DNA of 64,000 nt from Bacillota bacterium (GCA_023436245.1 JAEZJZ010000078.1:79758-143757); one strand, 5' to 3'; shown: positions 47,034 through 56,948, counted from the first letter of the stretch. The notes: a model not told the origin generated them from the letters alone. Translations and numbers: made by a program.

Positions 47034-49643
47034 TTGGCATTCAAGAAGACACACAAAGCGATTTCCGCAGTTGCAAGTCCAGAGGAGTTGTTCATGGATC
47101 TCAGGAACAGATCTGTCCAGGGCCTGATGCTCCATCAAGGGGACATTCTGCGTGAGTACAAAAGGAAAATTCTCGACTCTGCCGATCCACCGCGGGACGT
47201 TGCTATCGAGTTGCCGACCGGAAGTGGCAAGACATTAGTTGGGCTCCTAATTGGTGAGTACCGACGGCGTGCGCTTGAGGAGCGAGTGTTATACCTGTGT
47301 CCAACCAAGCAACTTGTTCACCAGGTCGTAGCACAGGCGCGACAGAAGTACGGCATCAAGGCTCTTCCGTTTGTCGGGGCCCAATCAGCCTATGATCCGT
47401 CAGACCGTAGCGACTATCTCTTTGGTAGGGCGATCGCCGTGAGCACTTACAGTGGTTTGTTCAACTCCAATCCGTTCTTCAGCAACCCTGATACCATAAT
47501 CCTGGATGATGCCCACGTGGCAGAAAACTACATGGCCGCTATGTGGTCTTTGGAACTGCCCCGGTCGGAGTATCCAGAGGTTTACGAGTCAGTCATCAGG
47601 CTTCTGAAAGACCGAATACCTGATTACCAGCATGACAGAATGTTGGCTGGCGATCCGACGCCCAATGACAGGGCGGTGGTTGACAAAGTCCCCACCCCGG
47701 TCCTTATGGATATTTCGCGCAACCTGATAGCACTGCTTGACACCCGACTCAGGGAGAAGAGGGCGTCATACTCATGGAATGCGATTCGTGATCATCTGGC
47801 GGCGTGTCACCTATACTTCTGTTGGGACGGTATTCTCCTTAGGCCGATTATTCCCCCTACGATGACACATAGGCCGTTCGCTGAGGCCAAGCAGAGGCTC
47901 TACATGTCCGCGACTCTTGGGAAGGCCGGGGATCTTGAGCGCTCCACCGGGGTCAAGCGAGTCTCCAGGCTTAGTATACCGGGAGGATGGGATAGACAAG
48001 GAGTCGGTAGGAGGCTTTTCTTCTTCCCAGAGCTTAGCCTGACCCGAGATGAGACCGATTCCCTTGTGCTAAGCATGATTAAGAAGGTTCCGAGGGCACT
48101 GATTCTCGTCCCTGATAGTCAGTCAGCCCTAAAATGGAGAGAGCTCGTGGCTAGCTCGACTGACTATGCGGTGCTTGGTGCGCAGGATATCGAGACTTCA
48201 AAGGACCCCTTTGTTACCAAGAGACACGCAGTTGCCGTTCTCGCGAATAGGCTGGACGGAATCGACTTCCCTGAAGAGGAGTGTCGCTTGCTGATCGTGA
48301 GCGGCTATCCGCGAGCGACGAACCTGCAGGAGCGGTTTCTGCAGAGCCGAATGGCTGCTGCTTTCTTGCTGAGGGACCGTATCAAGGCACGGGTCCAGCA
48401 AGCCATTGGTCGTTGCACCAGAAGTGCGACCGATTACTCTGCGGTTTGTGTATTAGGGGCAGAGCTAAGCGATACTTTGCTCCACAAGGAAGACCGTACG
48501 CGATTCCATCCAGAACTGCAGGCTGAGTTGGACTTTGGGCGCCACCAGTGTATGGATACTAGCGCGGACGAAATGCTGGACAATCTTCGAATCTTTCTCG
48601 AGCATGGGGACGATTGGGATGCAGCCGATTCTGAGATCGTGCAAATCCGAACGGAGCTTACAGCCAGAGACGATCCTGCTGCCGAAAAACTGCGTCTTTC
48701 AGTTGAACACGAAGTGGCCTACGCATACGCGATCTGGAGAGGTGACTACCCGAAGGCCATTGAAGAGTGTGACAGTTCACTGGCAGCCCTGGTTGGGGAC
48801 GACGTGAAGGGATACCGTGGTTTTTGGAATTACCTTGCTGGTTGTGCCGCGCGTCTTGGCAGCCAGGCGGGACTCGTACATCTTGAACAGGTTGCAGTAA
48901 AGCATTTTCACTCAGCTTCAGCGTGTTCCGATTCTGTAGGCTGGTTCCGGGCTTTGGCGAATGATCAGCCCGGTCAACCAGAAGAGGAACAGGTGGTCTT
49001 CGAGCGAGAGCTTGTTGACGTCATCGAGCGGCTTGAGGCTGTGCTGGATGACATGGGTACCTCAAGTCCGCGCCGATTTGAGAAGGAAGCTAGCGAAATA
49101 CTGGAGCTCCTGAGCTCGACCGAGGCAAAGAAATTTGAGGCCGGACAGGTCAAGCTTGGTACCCTCCTAGGTTATAAGTCGAGCAATACTGATGGAAAGG
49201 CTGGCCCAGACCCCTGGTGGATTGCATCAGACACAGTCTGCTTGGTCTCAGAAGAGACTTGGAGAGAGAATGAGCTCTTCATCTCAGTCAACAAGGCGCG
49301 TCAAGCTGCGACACACGAGAGCTGGATAAGGGGGCACTTAGCCGACCTAAGTCCGAACGCTACCGTAGTGACAGTGTTCATAACAAATGCGACAGCTGTC
49401 GACGCAGAAGCCCTGACCCTCACCCCCAATCTCTACTACTGGGGCATACCTGAGTTTCGGACTTGGGCTGCCCATTCAATAGATGTCGTGCGAAGTCTTC
49501 GATCTCAGTTTCCCGGCCCGGGAGACATCATTTGGAGAGCATTGGCCATGGAGAAGTACAGAGAACATGCCATGGACCCCCTTTCCCTCGTGACCGCGGT
49601 TAAGGATAGACCCCTTAGCAAACTCGAGATCAGAAATCACTGA
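47034..49643 (+). CDS. SF2 helicase (DEAH-like) with about 400 aa uncharacterised C-terminal region
   Basis: TTG start after GGAGGTGAT. Motif I LPTGSGKT, motif II LDDAH, SAT, motif VI QAIGRCTR. No N-terminal HsdR-type nuclease domain. Confidence 0.7.
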   Translation: MAFKKTHKAISAVASPEELFMDLRNRSVQGLMLHQGDILREYKRKILDSADPPRDVAIELPTGSGKTLVGLLIGEYRRRALEERVLYLCPTKQLVHQVVAQARQKYGIKALPFVGAQSAYDPSDRSDYLFGRAIAVSTYSGLFNSNPFFSNPDTIILDDAHVAENYMAAMWSLELPRSEYPEVYESVIRLLKDRIPDYQHDRMLAGDPTPNDRAVVDKVPTPVLMDISRNLIALLDTRLREKRASYSWNAIRDHLAACHLYFCWDGILLRPIIPPTMTHRPFAEAKQRLYMSATLGKAGDLERSTGVKRVSRLSIPGGWDRQGVGRRLFFFPELSLTRDETDSLVLSMIKKVPRALILVPDSQSALKWRELVASSTDYAVLGAQDIETSKDPFVTKRHAVAVLANRLDGIDFPEEECRLLIVSGYPRATNLQERFLQSRMAAAFLLRDRIKARVQQAIGRCTRSATDYSAVCVLGAELSDTLLHKEDRTRFHPELQAELDFGRHQCMDTSADEMLDNLRIFLEHGDDWDAADSEIVQIRTELTARDDPAAEKLRLSVEHEVAYAYAIWRGDYPKAIEECDSSLAALVGDDVKGYRGFWNYLAGCAARLGSQAGLVHLEQVAVKHFHSASACSDSVGWFRALANDQPGQPEEEQVVFERELVDVIERLEAVLDDMGTSSPRRFEKEASEILELLSSTEAKKFEAGQVKLGTLLGYKSSNTDGKAGPDPWWIASDTVCLVSEETWRENELFISVNKARQAATHESWIRGHLADLSPNATVVTVFITNATAVDAEALTLTPNLYYWGIPEFRTWAAHSIDVVRSLRSQFPGPGDIIWRALAMEKYREHAMDPLSLVTAVKDRPLSKLEIRNH

Positions 49644-49903
49644 CACTGCCAGAACCATTTAGCCGAAACCACCTACTCGGAGACAGGCCTCTGAGCAGCA
49701 TAAGAGGATCTCCAAGCAGAGTCGCAAATGAGATAGAATAGACAACAACTAGATACACTTGTCGCCGCCTTACGGTGCGCAAGGGGTAGTCGGTTGGGAA
49801 GGTGGCATTATTCCAGAGGGCCCGCATCCACCGGCACCTTCACTCTTGGAATGCGCAAGCTCGGCGGAACAAGTAATGGCTGATGCCAGAAAAGAGGAGA
49901 AGC

Positions 49904-51688
49904 ATGGAGCTCAAGGAAGGTTATCTTTACGATTTCATCAGCGGAACCCCTGTTCGCGCCACCCCGGAAGAGATAGACGCGGTTCAGGTTTTCTCCCAAA
50001 TGTTAGTTAACGACTATGGCTATCCCAAGAAGCTCATTCAAACTCGTCCGCAATGGCGAGTGAAGGCCAGGCCGTCAGACACGAAGAAGGAGTATCCAAT
50101 AGACATAGCCGTTTTTTCTGATGAGCGCCACACAGAGGACAGCATCCAGATTATCGTCGAATGCAAGAAGAAGACCAGGAAAGACGGCAAGACACAGCTC
50201 GCTGACTATCTGAGATTTTCCAGAGCTCGAGTCGGTGTTTGGTTCAATGGTAAGGAACGCCTATTCCTTCATAAGCATGAGCAGGATGGGCGAGTTGAGT
50301 TCTCTGAGTTGCCCAATATTCCCCGGTTCGGCGAGAGAGTTGAAGACATTGGCCGATTCCGTCGACGGGACCTTAGGCCTGCAACCAACCTAAAGTCCGT
50401 TTTTCGGGCAATCCGAAACTATCTAGCAGCGAATGCCGTGGGCATCACCCGTGACGAAGTGTTCGCGCAGCAGCTCATAAACCTGATCTTCTGTAAGATC
50501 TACGATGAAAGGTTCACAAAGAAGAATGATATTGTGACCTTTCGTGCCGGTACCAACGAGCCTGATGCTGACGTTAGGGCCAGGATACTTGGGCTATTTG
50601 AGAAGGTCAAGTCTCAGTATGATGATGTAATTGATGTTGGCGACTCGATAGTCCTTGATGACCGCTCACTCGTCTACGTAGTAGGTGAGCTGCAGCTCTA
50701 CTCGCTGCAGGATAGCACAAGGGATGCTGTTGGAGATGCATTTGAGGTGTTCATCGGTCCGTCTCTGAAGGGTGGGCAGGGTCAGTTCTTCACCCCAAGA
50801 AACGTCGTGAAGATGATCATCGATATGGTTGATCCCACGCCAGAGCAAAAAGTCATCGATCCTGCGTGCGGCAGCGGCGGATTCCTTGTGGAGGCACTTC
50901 GCCACGTATGGGGGAAGGTGCAGGAGAAAGGCGAAAGCCTGGGATGGCCGGAACACGAGATTGAGGCCGAGAAGCAAAAGGTTGCAATCAGGAACTTCCG
51001 TGGCATAGACAAGGACTCTTTCTTGAGCAAAGTAGCCAAGGCGTATATGGCAATACTCGGCGATGGAAGGGGCGGTGTGTTCTGCGAGAATAGCCTTGAG
51101 TCTCCGGCCAACTGGCATAGCTACACAAGGAATCAGGTTCAGCTTAACGAGTTTGACGTAGTCATTACCAATCCACCTTTTGGCAAGAAGCTATCCATCG
51201 ATTCGGAAGACATTCTTAGGCATTACGACTTGGGTCACAAATGGGACTACGACAGCAGCACTGATACATTTCAGAAAGGCTCGCTCCAGGACAAGCAGCC
51301 TCCCCAAATACTGTTCATTGAGAGGTGCCTGGATCTTCTCAAGGACGGGGGGAAACTGGGCATTGTGCTGCTAGAGAGCATCTTTGGGATGCCCAAGTAT
51401 CGCTACGTTGTGGATTACCTCGAAAAGAGAACCAAGATTCTTGCACTGGTAACCATGCCTGAAGATCTATTCCAGCCTCACACACACGCCAAGTGCTGTG
51501 TCCTAATCTGCGAGAAGACCTCCGATCAGCAGGAAGACCACGAGATCTTCATGGCCGATGTGAAGTGGTGCGGCCACGATAGCCGTGGCAATCCCACTGT
51601 CCGGGTGGACTCGAGCGGCGCGGAGGTTCTCCTCGATGACATCCCTCGCGTTGCTCCTTTATACCACGAAGGGGCAAAACAGAGATGA
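49904..51688 (+). CDS. restriction-modification subunit: N-terminal HSDR_N-like PD-(D/E)xK nuclease fused to gamma-class N6-adenine methyltransferase (BcgI A-like/type IIB-IIG)
   Basis: N-terminus YPIDIAVF...IVECKKK (D/E-x-K). Methyltransferase motifs IDPACGSGGFL and NPPFG. Start could be ATG 49904 or 49883. Confidence 0.6.
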   Translation: MELKEGYLYDFISGTPVRATPEEIDAVQVFSQMLVNDYGYPKKLIQTRPQWRVKARPSDTKKEYPIDIAVFSDERHTEDSIQIIVECKKKTRKDGKTQLADYLRFSRARVGVWFNGKERLFLHKHEQDGRVEFSELPNIPRFGERVEDIGRFRRRDLRPATNLKSVFRAIRNYLAANAVGITRDEVFAQQLINLIFCKIYDERFTKKNDIVTFRAGTNEPDADVRARILGLFEKVKSQYDDVIDVGDSIVLDDRSLVYVVGELQLYSLQDSTRDAVGDAFEVFIGPSLKGGQGQFFTPRNVVKMIIDMVDPTPEQKVIDPACGSGGFLVEALRHVWGKVQEKGESLGWPEHEIEAEKQKVAIRNFRGIDKDSFLSKVAKAYMAILGDGRGGVFCENSLESPANWHSYTRNQVQLNEFDVVITNPPFGKKLSIDSEDILRHYDLGHKWDYDSSTDTFQKGSLQDKQPPQILFIERCLDLLKDGGKLGIVLLESIFGMPKYRYVVDYLEKRTKILALVTMPEDLFQPHTHAKCCVLICEKTSDQQEDHEIFMADVKWCGHDSRGNPTVRVDSSGAEVLLDDIPRVAPLYHEGAKQR

Positions 51689-53160
51689 TCCATTATTGGC
51701 ATAAGAAGAGTGATATCAAAGCCAGGGTGTATATCCCAAAGTACTATGACCCATTCCTAGTAGACGATCTCCAGTCGCTGAGGGACACTCATGACCTGTT
51801 TGTTGTAGAACAGCTTGTTAGCGAGGGTGCCATATCAATTAGCACAGGGCACGAGATAGGAAAGCTGGCTTACGGCACAGGTGATATACCATTCATTCGG
51901 ACATCGGACATATCAAACTGGGAAATCAAGTCCATGCCGAAGCAAGGCGTCTCAGAAGAGATCTATCAGGAGTACGCCGAGTCACAGGATATGCAGGTTG
52001 GAGACATATTGCTGGTGCGGGATGGAACCTATTTGATCGGAACCAACTGCATAGTCACTGAACTTGACAAGAAGTGTCTATATCAGTCGCACATTCTAAA
52101 AATCAGGGTCAACGATAAGGCAAAGGTTGATCCTCGAATACTGTTCCTTGCGTTGAACTCTGACTTGGTTCAGCGTCAGATTCGTAGCTTTCAGTTCACG
52201 GCCGATACCATTGACACAATCGGCAACCGTTACCTCGAGCTGGTGATCCCTATTCCGAAAAGCGCATCAAAGAGGAACGAGCTCTCCGGGAGAATCAGAA
52301 CCCACTTGGACACACGCGAGCGTGGCAGGGCGTTCATAAAGCAAGCCCCAGTTCTAATGGAGGAGGTACTTGAGAGAGGTACAGTTGAGCCAATCCAAGC
52401 CTTCATGGAGAAGGACTGGGCAGACATTCTATCTGACATGAGTCAGAATACCATTGTCTCTGAGTTTGGCCCCTTTCAGGCATTCTGGCAGCGATCAGGG
52501 AGCATTAGGGAAAGAATCTACCTACCTAAGTACTACGATCCTGAGATAGTGAGCGAACTTGCTGGCCTGGGAGAGACTTGCAATTGTGTTTCGATTGGCG
52601 ATCTCGTCAATGACGGCCTGATTCAGTGTTCCACCGGTGACGAAATCGGCAAGATGGCATATGGAACCGGCGAGATTCCGTTCATCCGGACTAGTGATTT
52701 CTCCAGCTGGGAGATCAACCATAACCCAAAGCAAGGGGTTTCGGATGAGATCTATGAGCAGTATGCCGACTCGCAGGATACCAGGAGCGGCGACATTTTC
52801 ATCGTGCGTGATGGCACCTATTTGGTAGGGACATCATGCATTGTCACTGAGCATGATGCCAAGAGTCTGTACTGTGGAGGAATCTACAAGATTCGTGTCC
52901 TGGATGAGTCTGCAATTAGCCCGTGGCTGCTGCTAGGATTGCTCAACTCGTTCATTGTGAAGCGCCAGATACGAACAAAGCAGTTTACCCGCGACGTCAT
53001 AGATACACTCGGTCAGCGACTGTTCGAGATTATCCTGCCGATACCTAAATCAAAGGAAGTGCGCGAGCAGATTTCCGAGCAGGTCAAGGAAATAGTCTTG
53101 TCGCGGATAGACGCCCGTCAGGCAATCTCCAAGTTGGCGGACGAGCTAATAGAGGGATAA
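51685..53160 (+). CDS. HsdS-like specificity subunit with two near-identical target-recognition domains
   Basis: Two halves share long identical stretches (IPKYYDP..., GDIPFIRTSD..., VRDGTYL.GT.CIVTE). ATGA overlap with the upstream gene. Confidence 0.75.
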   Translation: MIHYWHKKSDIKARVYIPKYYDPFLVDDLQSLRDTHDLFVVEQLVSEGAISISTGHEIGKLAYGTGDIPFIRTSDISNWEIKSMPKQGVSEEIYQEYAESQDMQVGDILLVRDGTYLIGTNCIVTELDKKCLYQSHILKIRVNDKAKVDPRILFLALNSDLVQRQIRSFQFTADTIDTIGNRYLELVIPIPKSASKRNELSGRIRTHLDTRERGRAFIKQAPVLMEEVLERGTVEPIQAFMEKDWADILSDMSQNTIVSEFGPFQAFWQRSGSIRERIYLPKYYDPEIVSELAGLGETCNCVSIGDLVNDGLIQCSTGDEIGKMAYGTGEIPFIRTSDFSSWEINHNPKQGVSDEIYEQYADSQDTRSGDIFIVRDGTYLVGTSCIVTEHDAKSLYCGGIYKIRVLDESAISPWLLLGLLNSFIVKRQIRTKQFTRDVIDTLGQRLFEIILPIPKSKEVREQISEQVKEIVLSRIDARQAISKLADELIEG

Positions 53161-53290
53161 CGGACGCTCGGTTGACGATCGATACACCAGCGAGGCCACG
53201 GAGCCTGCTGAACTGATACCTAGACATGATCGCAGAGCGAATCTCCAATCATTGGGCACATCCTGAGAATCTTTGGGAGGCTGATTCCTC

Positions 53291-54331
53291 ATGCCTGTAT
53301 GGCTTATTCGCGCGGGTGCGCACGGAGAGTATGAAAGCAAGTTTGTGCAGGAGAGCAGGATCTACGCAACGTGGGACAACCTCAACGCCGACTTAAGAAG
53401 GATGAACCACAAGGGTGATCTGATCTCCCTTATGGCCGAGAGATACCCTGACGCAAAGAAGAAGGCAGTCCAGAACTGGGCGAGTCAGGTCTGGCCTTTC
53501 GCCCATGAGATTAGCAAAGGCGATCTGGTTGTTCTTCCGTTGAAGTCACAACCAGCGATACAGATCGGAGAGGTAGTGAGCGATTATCGCTTTGAGGCTG
53601 CCGGACCAAGCCCGTTCTATCATTGGCGGTCCGTGAAGTGGATAGGTGAGGCGATTCCGCGAGCCAACTTTGGTCAGGACCTTCTTTACTCTTTTGGCGC
53701 ATTTATGACAATCTGCCGTATACAGCGAAATAACGCTGAAGAACGTATAGTTGCAATGCGCACCAATGGCTGGAAGAAAGAGAATCTGGCTGTCATCAGT
53801 GCTGCCACTCCAACGTCAGTCATCCAGGATGAAGCTGGCGCCGACAACACAGATCTTGAGGTACTGGCGCGTGACCAAATAGCTCAACTTATCTCAGCTA
53901 GGTTCAAGGGGCATAACCTGACCCGCCTGGTAGACGCGATTCTTAGGTCGCAAGGGTATGTCACTTATGTCAGTCCTGAAGGGCCGGATGGCGGAGTGGA
54001 CATTCTTGCCGGCGCCGGCCCGCTGGGGTTTGGCGCTCCGCGTCTCTGTGTTGAAGTGAAGTCTGGTGACGCACCTATTGATAGACCCAGTGTGGATAAG
54101 CTGCTGGGAGCTGTCGCCAAGTTTGGTGCACAGGAGGGGCTGTTCGTGTCCTGGAGCGGGTTCAAGAGCAACGTGCAGAAAGAGTTGGCTGCCAGCTTCT
54201 TTCGGGTAAGGCTTTGGACCCAGACAGAGCTGCTAGAAGCGTTGTTTGCCAACTATGACAAACTGGATGAAGATATCAAAGCGGAGCTACCCTTGAAGCG
54301 ATTTTGGACAGTGGCTGTTCAGAACGAGTAG
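53291..54331 (+). CDS. Mrr-like restriction endonuclease (Mrr_N plus Mrr_cat)
   Basis: N-terminal winged-helix-like region. C-terminal VDILAG...LCVEVKSGD catalytic core. Confidence 0.55.
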   Translation: MPVWLIRAGAHGEYESKFVQESRIYATWDNLNADLRRMNHKGDLISLMAERYPDAKKKAVQNWASQVWPFAHEISKGDLVVLPLKSQPAIQIGEVVSDYRFEAAGPSPFYHWRSVKWIGEAIPRANFGQDLLYSFGAFMTICRIQRNNAEERIVAMRTNGWKKENLAVISAATPTSVIQDEAGADNTDLEVLARDQIAQLISARFKGHNLTRLVDAILRSQGYVTYVSPEGPDGGVDILAGAGPLGFGAPRLCVEVKSGDAPIDRPSVDKLLGAVAKFGAQEGLFVSWSGFKSNVQKELAASFFRVRLWTQTELLEALFANYDKLDEDIKAELPLKRFWTVAVQNE

Positions 54332-54450
54332 TACCGCTGCTCGCTCTAGTATACTGAGCGAAGTGACTCGCAATCGACTCGATAGGGGTGAAGACTGCAG
54401 ATTGACCTAGATGGGCAGAGCCAGAGCTGCTCGCTGGAGGATTGAGGAAC

Positions 54451-55446
54451 ATGGATCCATGGGATAACCTCCCTGAACTGAACAAGAAGGCAGAACGGTA
54501 TCTGAAGAAGGCTCAGGATCTTTTGATGTACTGCACAACATGCCAACCCTATGATCAGGGGCCTGTATGGGTCTTGGGTGAAGAGACGACTGTTGACGAG
54601 CTCTTTGATATCGTTGCCTGCCCTGAGGCCTACAGGGATGACATCGCGGCGCACCTCCAATGCCCTAGCTGCGGCGCAATGATCTCCGATAGATATGCCG
54701 ACATTGGTTTGGAGGACCGGTATGCCAGACACGCCGAGCAAACATATGAGCGTGCGGTCAAGCGCTACCGCCGGAGGATCGATGCTCTGCGTGAACACCT
54801 GAACCACTTTCCCTCACTTGCCCTACACAACGCCTTCGCGAGAACGCTCTTGGCGGAGATAACTGGGAAGAGAGCCGAGAGTGTCTGCATCTCCGAAAGG
54901 AGATGGTTCCGCTCTCGGAACCTCGAGGGGGCCAAGGTATTTGAGTGCGAGAACATGTGGGCTCCGAGTGAAGGGCTGTCACCTGGCGGCCGATTTCATC
55001 ATGCAGGGCAAAGTGTGCTTTATGTTGCAGACTCCAAGGAACTAGCGATCAGGGAATCGCTTGCCAGAGCTGACGAGCCATCACTGATTTGGTATCAGGA
55101 GTACTCTCTCGAATCAGATTTGGAGGACGTACTCGACCTTAGGTATGATTGGGAAAACTATGGACAGATGTCCAATGGTCTTCTTGCCGCCTTGCTGGCC
55201 AGTGGAGTCTTGTCAGAACCTGTGGCTGACAGAAGCAACAAATGGCAACCGCAATACTTTATAACACGCTTCATAGCGGATTGCGCAAAACTGTCTGGCT
55301 ATAAAGGCATCATTTACACATCTACGAAATACGACGGAACTAATCTGGCAGTGTTTGATAGTGCCAATCTTTTCGTGTCGGTTGGAAAGCCTCAGGTATA
55401 CATCTATCGTCCTTCCGAGCAGACAGTGTTCCGATTCAGCATATAG
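54451..55446 (+). CDS. RES-domain protein with about 170 aa N-terminal zinc-ribbon extension
   Basis: GGRFHHAGQSVLYVADSKELAIRE...GIIYTSTKYDG gives R, E and S in the canonical spacing. N-terminus has CTTCQP...CPSCG. Confidence 0.55.
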   Translation: MDPWDNLPELNKKAERYLKKAQDLLMYCTTCQPYDQGPVWVLGEETTVDELFDIVACPEAYRDDIAAHLQCPSCGAMISDRYADIGLEDRYARHAEQTYERAVKRYRRRIDALREHLNHFPSLALHNAFARTLLAEITGKRAESVCISERRWFRSRNLEGAKVFECENMWAPSEGLSPGGRFHHAGQSVLYVADSKELAIRESLARADEPSLIWYQEYSLESDLEDVLDLRYDWENYGQMSNGLLAALLASGVLSEPVADRSNKWQPQYFITRFIADCAKLSGYKGIIYTSTKYDGTNLAVFDSANLFVSVGKPQVYIYRPSEQTVFRFSI

Positions 55447-55557
55447 CAATCCAGATTCCAGTTTGCCTGGTGTAGCATTGTCCGCGTTCGACTCTGACAC
55501 CATCTGTGTATTCTTCATGCGCTAAAGGGTGGTCCCGGCGTCGGCAAGTCCAGTTTC

Positions 55558-56529
55558 ATGCGTTGGATCGGGCAAGCGATGCGTGAACGTGGCTACGATA
55601 TCGAGGAGCACAACTGTTCTTCAGACAACGGGTCCCTGGATGGCGTGAAGATCCCGGCGATCGGGGTTACTCTGCTAGACGGAACTGCACCGCACGTAGT
55701 CGACCCTAAGAACCCGGGCGCAGTGGACAGCATCATCCACCTCGGCGATTACTGGAATGAGGAAGGCATTCGTGCCCACAAGGCCGAGATAGTTGCGGCC
55801 ATTGCTCGCAACGGCTTCCTGTTCCGCCGCGCCTACGGCTACCTGCGCGCAGCCAAGGGCTACAACGATGAGTTGGAAGCATACATAAGGGAGACAGGAG
55901 CGCTGGATGTGGCTGGGCTGAACCGGCTGGCGGCTGACACCATCAGCGGCATTTTCGCTGCGGCCCCGGCAAAGGATGGGGCAGCGAAGGAGCGCCATCT
56001 CTTTGCCAGTGCCATCACGCCCGGAGGCATGGTCAACTATCTGTCCACCATCGTCGGCGACCTTGACCGCCGCGTGTTGGTGCAGGGACGCCCCGGCAGC
56101 GGTCGCACCACCATCGTGCAGAAGGTGATGTCCGCAGCCGTCGAGCTGGGGTATGATGTGGAGGCTTACCACTGCGCGCTGAGTCCAGAGCGCATCGACC
56201 ATGTCGTCATCCCCGAGCTTTCTGTGGCCGTGATGAACGCCAGCGAGCCGCACTCCTACGGCCCCGGGACCAATGATTGGGTGATCGACACCATGCAGTA
56301 CGTCGATTGGGCCAAGTTGGCCAGCTTCGACCATGACATTCTTCGCCTGACCAGGCTGTACCACGAGGCCTTGGACTCTGCCGTCTGCATGATCGCCCGC
56401 GCCAAGAAGAACCACGACCAGATCGAGACCTACTACGTGCCGCACATGGATTTCGCCGCTGTCACCAAGCGCCGCGAGCAGGTGCTGCAGCGCATTTTGC
56501 AGATCGCGGCCCGGGTGGAGACTAAGTAG
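55558..56529 (+). CDS. tandem P-loop (nucleotide-kinase-like) domain protein; reading frame opens at 55498 with no canonical start (possible pseudogene)
   Basis: Walker A GGPGVGKS lies upstream of the first ATG and is in frame. A second P-loop GRPGSGRTT heads an internally duplicated domain. Only CTG/ATT codons and no SD between the stop at 55495 and the P-loop. Confidence 0.35.
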   Translation: MRWIGQAMRERGYDIEEHNCSSDNGSLDGVKIPAIGVTLLDGTAPHVVDPKNPGAVDSIIHLGDYWNEEGIRAHKAEIVAAIARNGFLFRRAYGYLRAAKGYNDELEAYIRETGALDVAGLNRLAADTISGIFAAAPAKDGAAKERHLFASAITPGGMVNYLSTIVGDLDRRVLVQGRPGSGRTTIVQKVMSAAVELGYDVEAYHCALSPERIDHVVIPELSVAVMNASEPHSYGPGTNDWVIDTMQYVDWAKLASFDHDILRLTRLYHEALDSAVCMIARAKKNHDQIETYYVPHMDFAAVTKRREQVLQRILQIAARVETK

Positions 56530-56548
56530 AGTCGACCTCAGTTTCGGT

Positions 56549-56590
56549 AAGTTGAAGGGCAGGCCCTGCCACTGGGGCCTGCCCTTCATG
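56549..56590. terminator. bidirectional hairpin terminator between convergent genes
   Basis: GAAGGGCAGGCC-loop-GGCCTGCCCTTC, a 12-bp perfect stem. Confidence 0.45.
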
Positions 56591-56639
56591 TTGTGCCCGG
56601 TCTCTCCGCCCAGGTTCGCTTGAGTTCGCGAAACTGCGC

Positions 56640-56948
56640 TCAGCAGTTGCTCATGAAGTCTTCTTCATCCAAATCTTCGTCCGACTCATAAATGGAGAGA
56701 TCGGCAGTCTCCTTCGCCAGATAGCCGATGATCAACCATGTGCAATCCTTTGTTTTGGCGAGTTCCAGAGCGGCCAACAAACTTGGTTCATGTTCGGACA
56801 CCGTGTAGGATGATACATGCAGCATCCAGCCCTCTCCATTCAATGAAAACGCACTGGGTTTGGCCTCGGCCTCAAGGCGGTTTCGCAGTTCATGATGCGC
56901 CTGCTTCGAGATGTTGTTCCAACCAACTTCCAATACCTTTGACACCAT
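56640..56948 (-). CDS. hypothetical protein with acidic C-terminus
   Basis: 102 aa. C-terminus SIYESDEDLDEEDFMSNC. Confidence 0.35.
   Translation of the reverse strand: MVSKVLEVGWNNISKQAHHELRNRLEAEAKPSAFSLNGEGWMLHVSSYTVSEHEPSLLAALELAKTKDCTWLIIGYLAKETADLSIYESDEDLDEEDFMSNC

Noticed and set aside
47034-49643. Calling the helicase a canonical type I HsdR
   Set aside because: Motif I lies at about residue 62, so there is no N-terminal PD-(D/E)xK nuclease domain. The nuclease domain instead sits on the methyltransferase protein.
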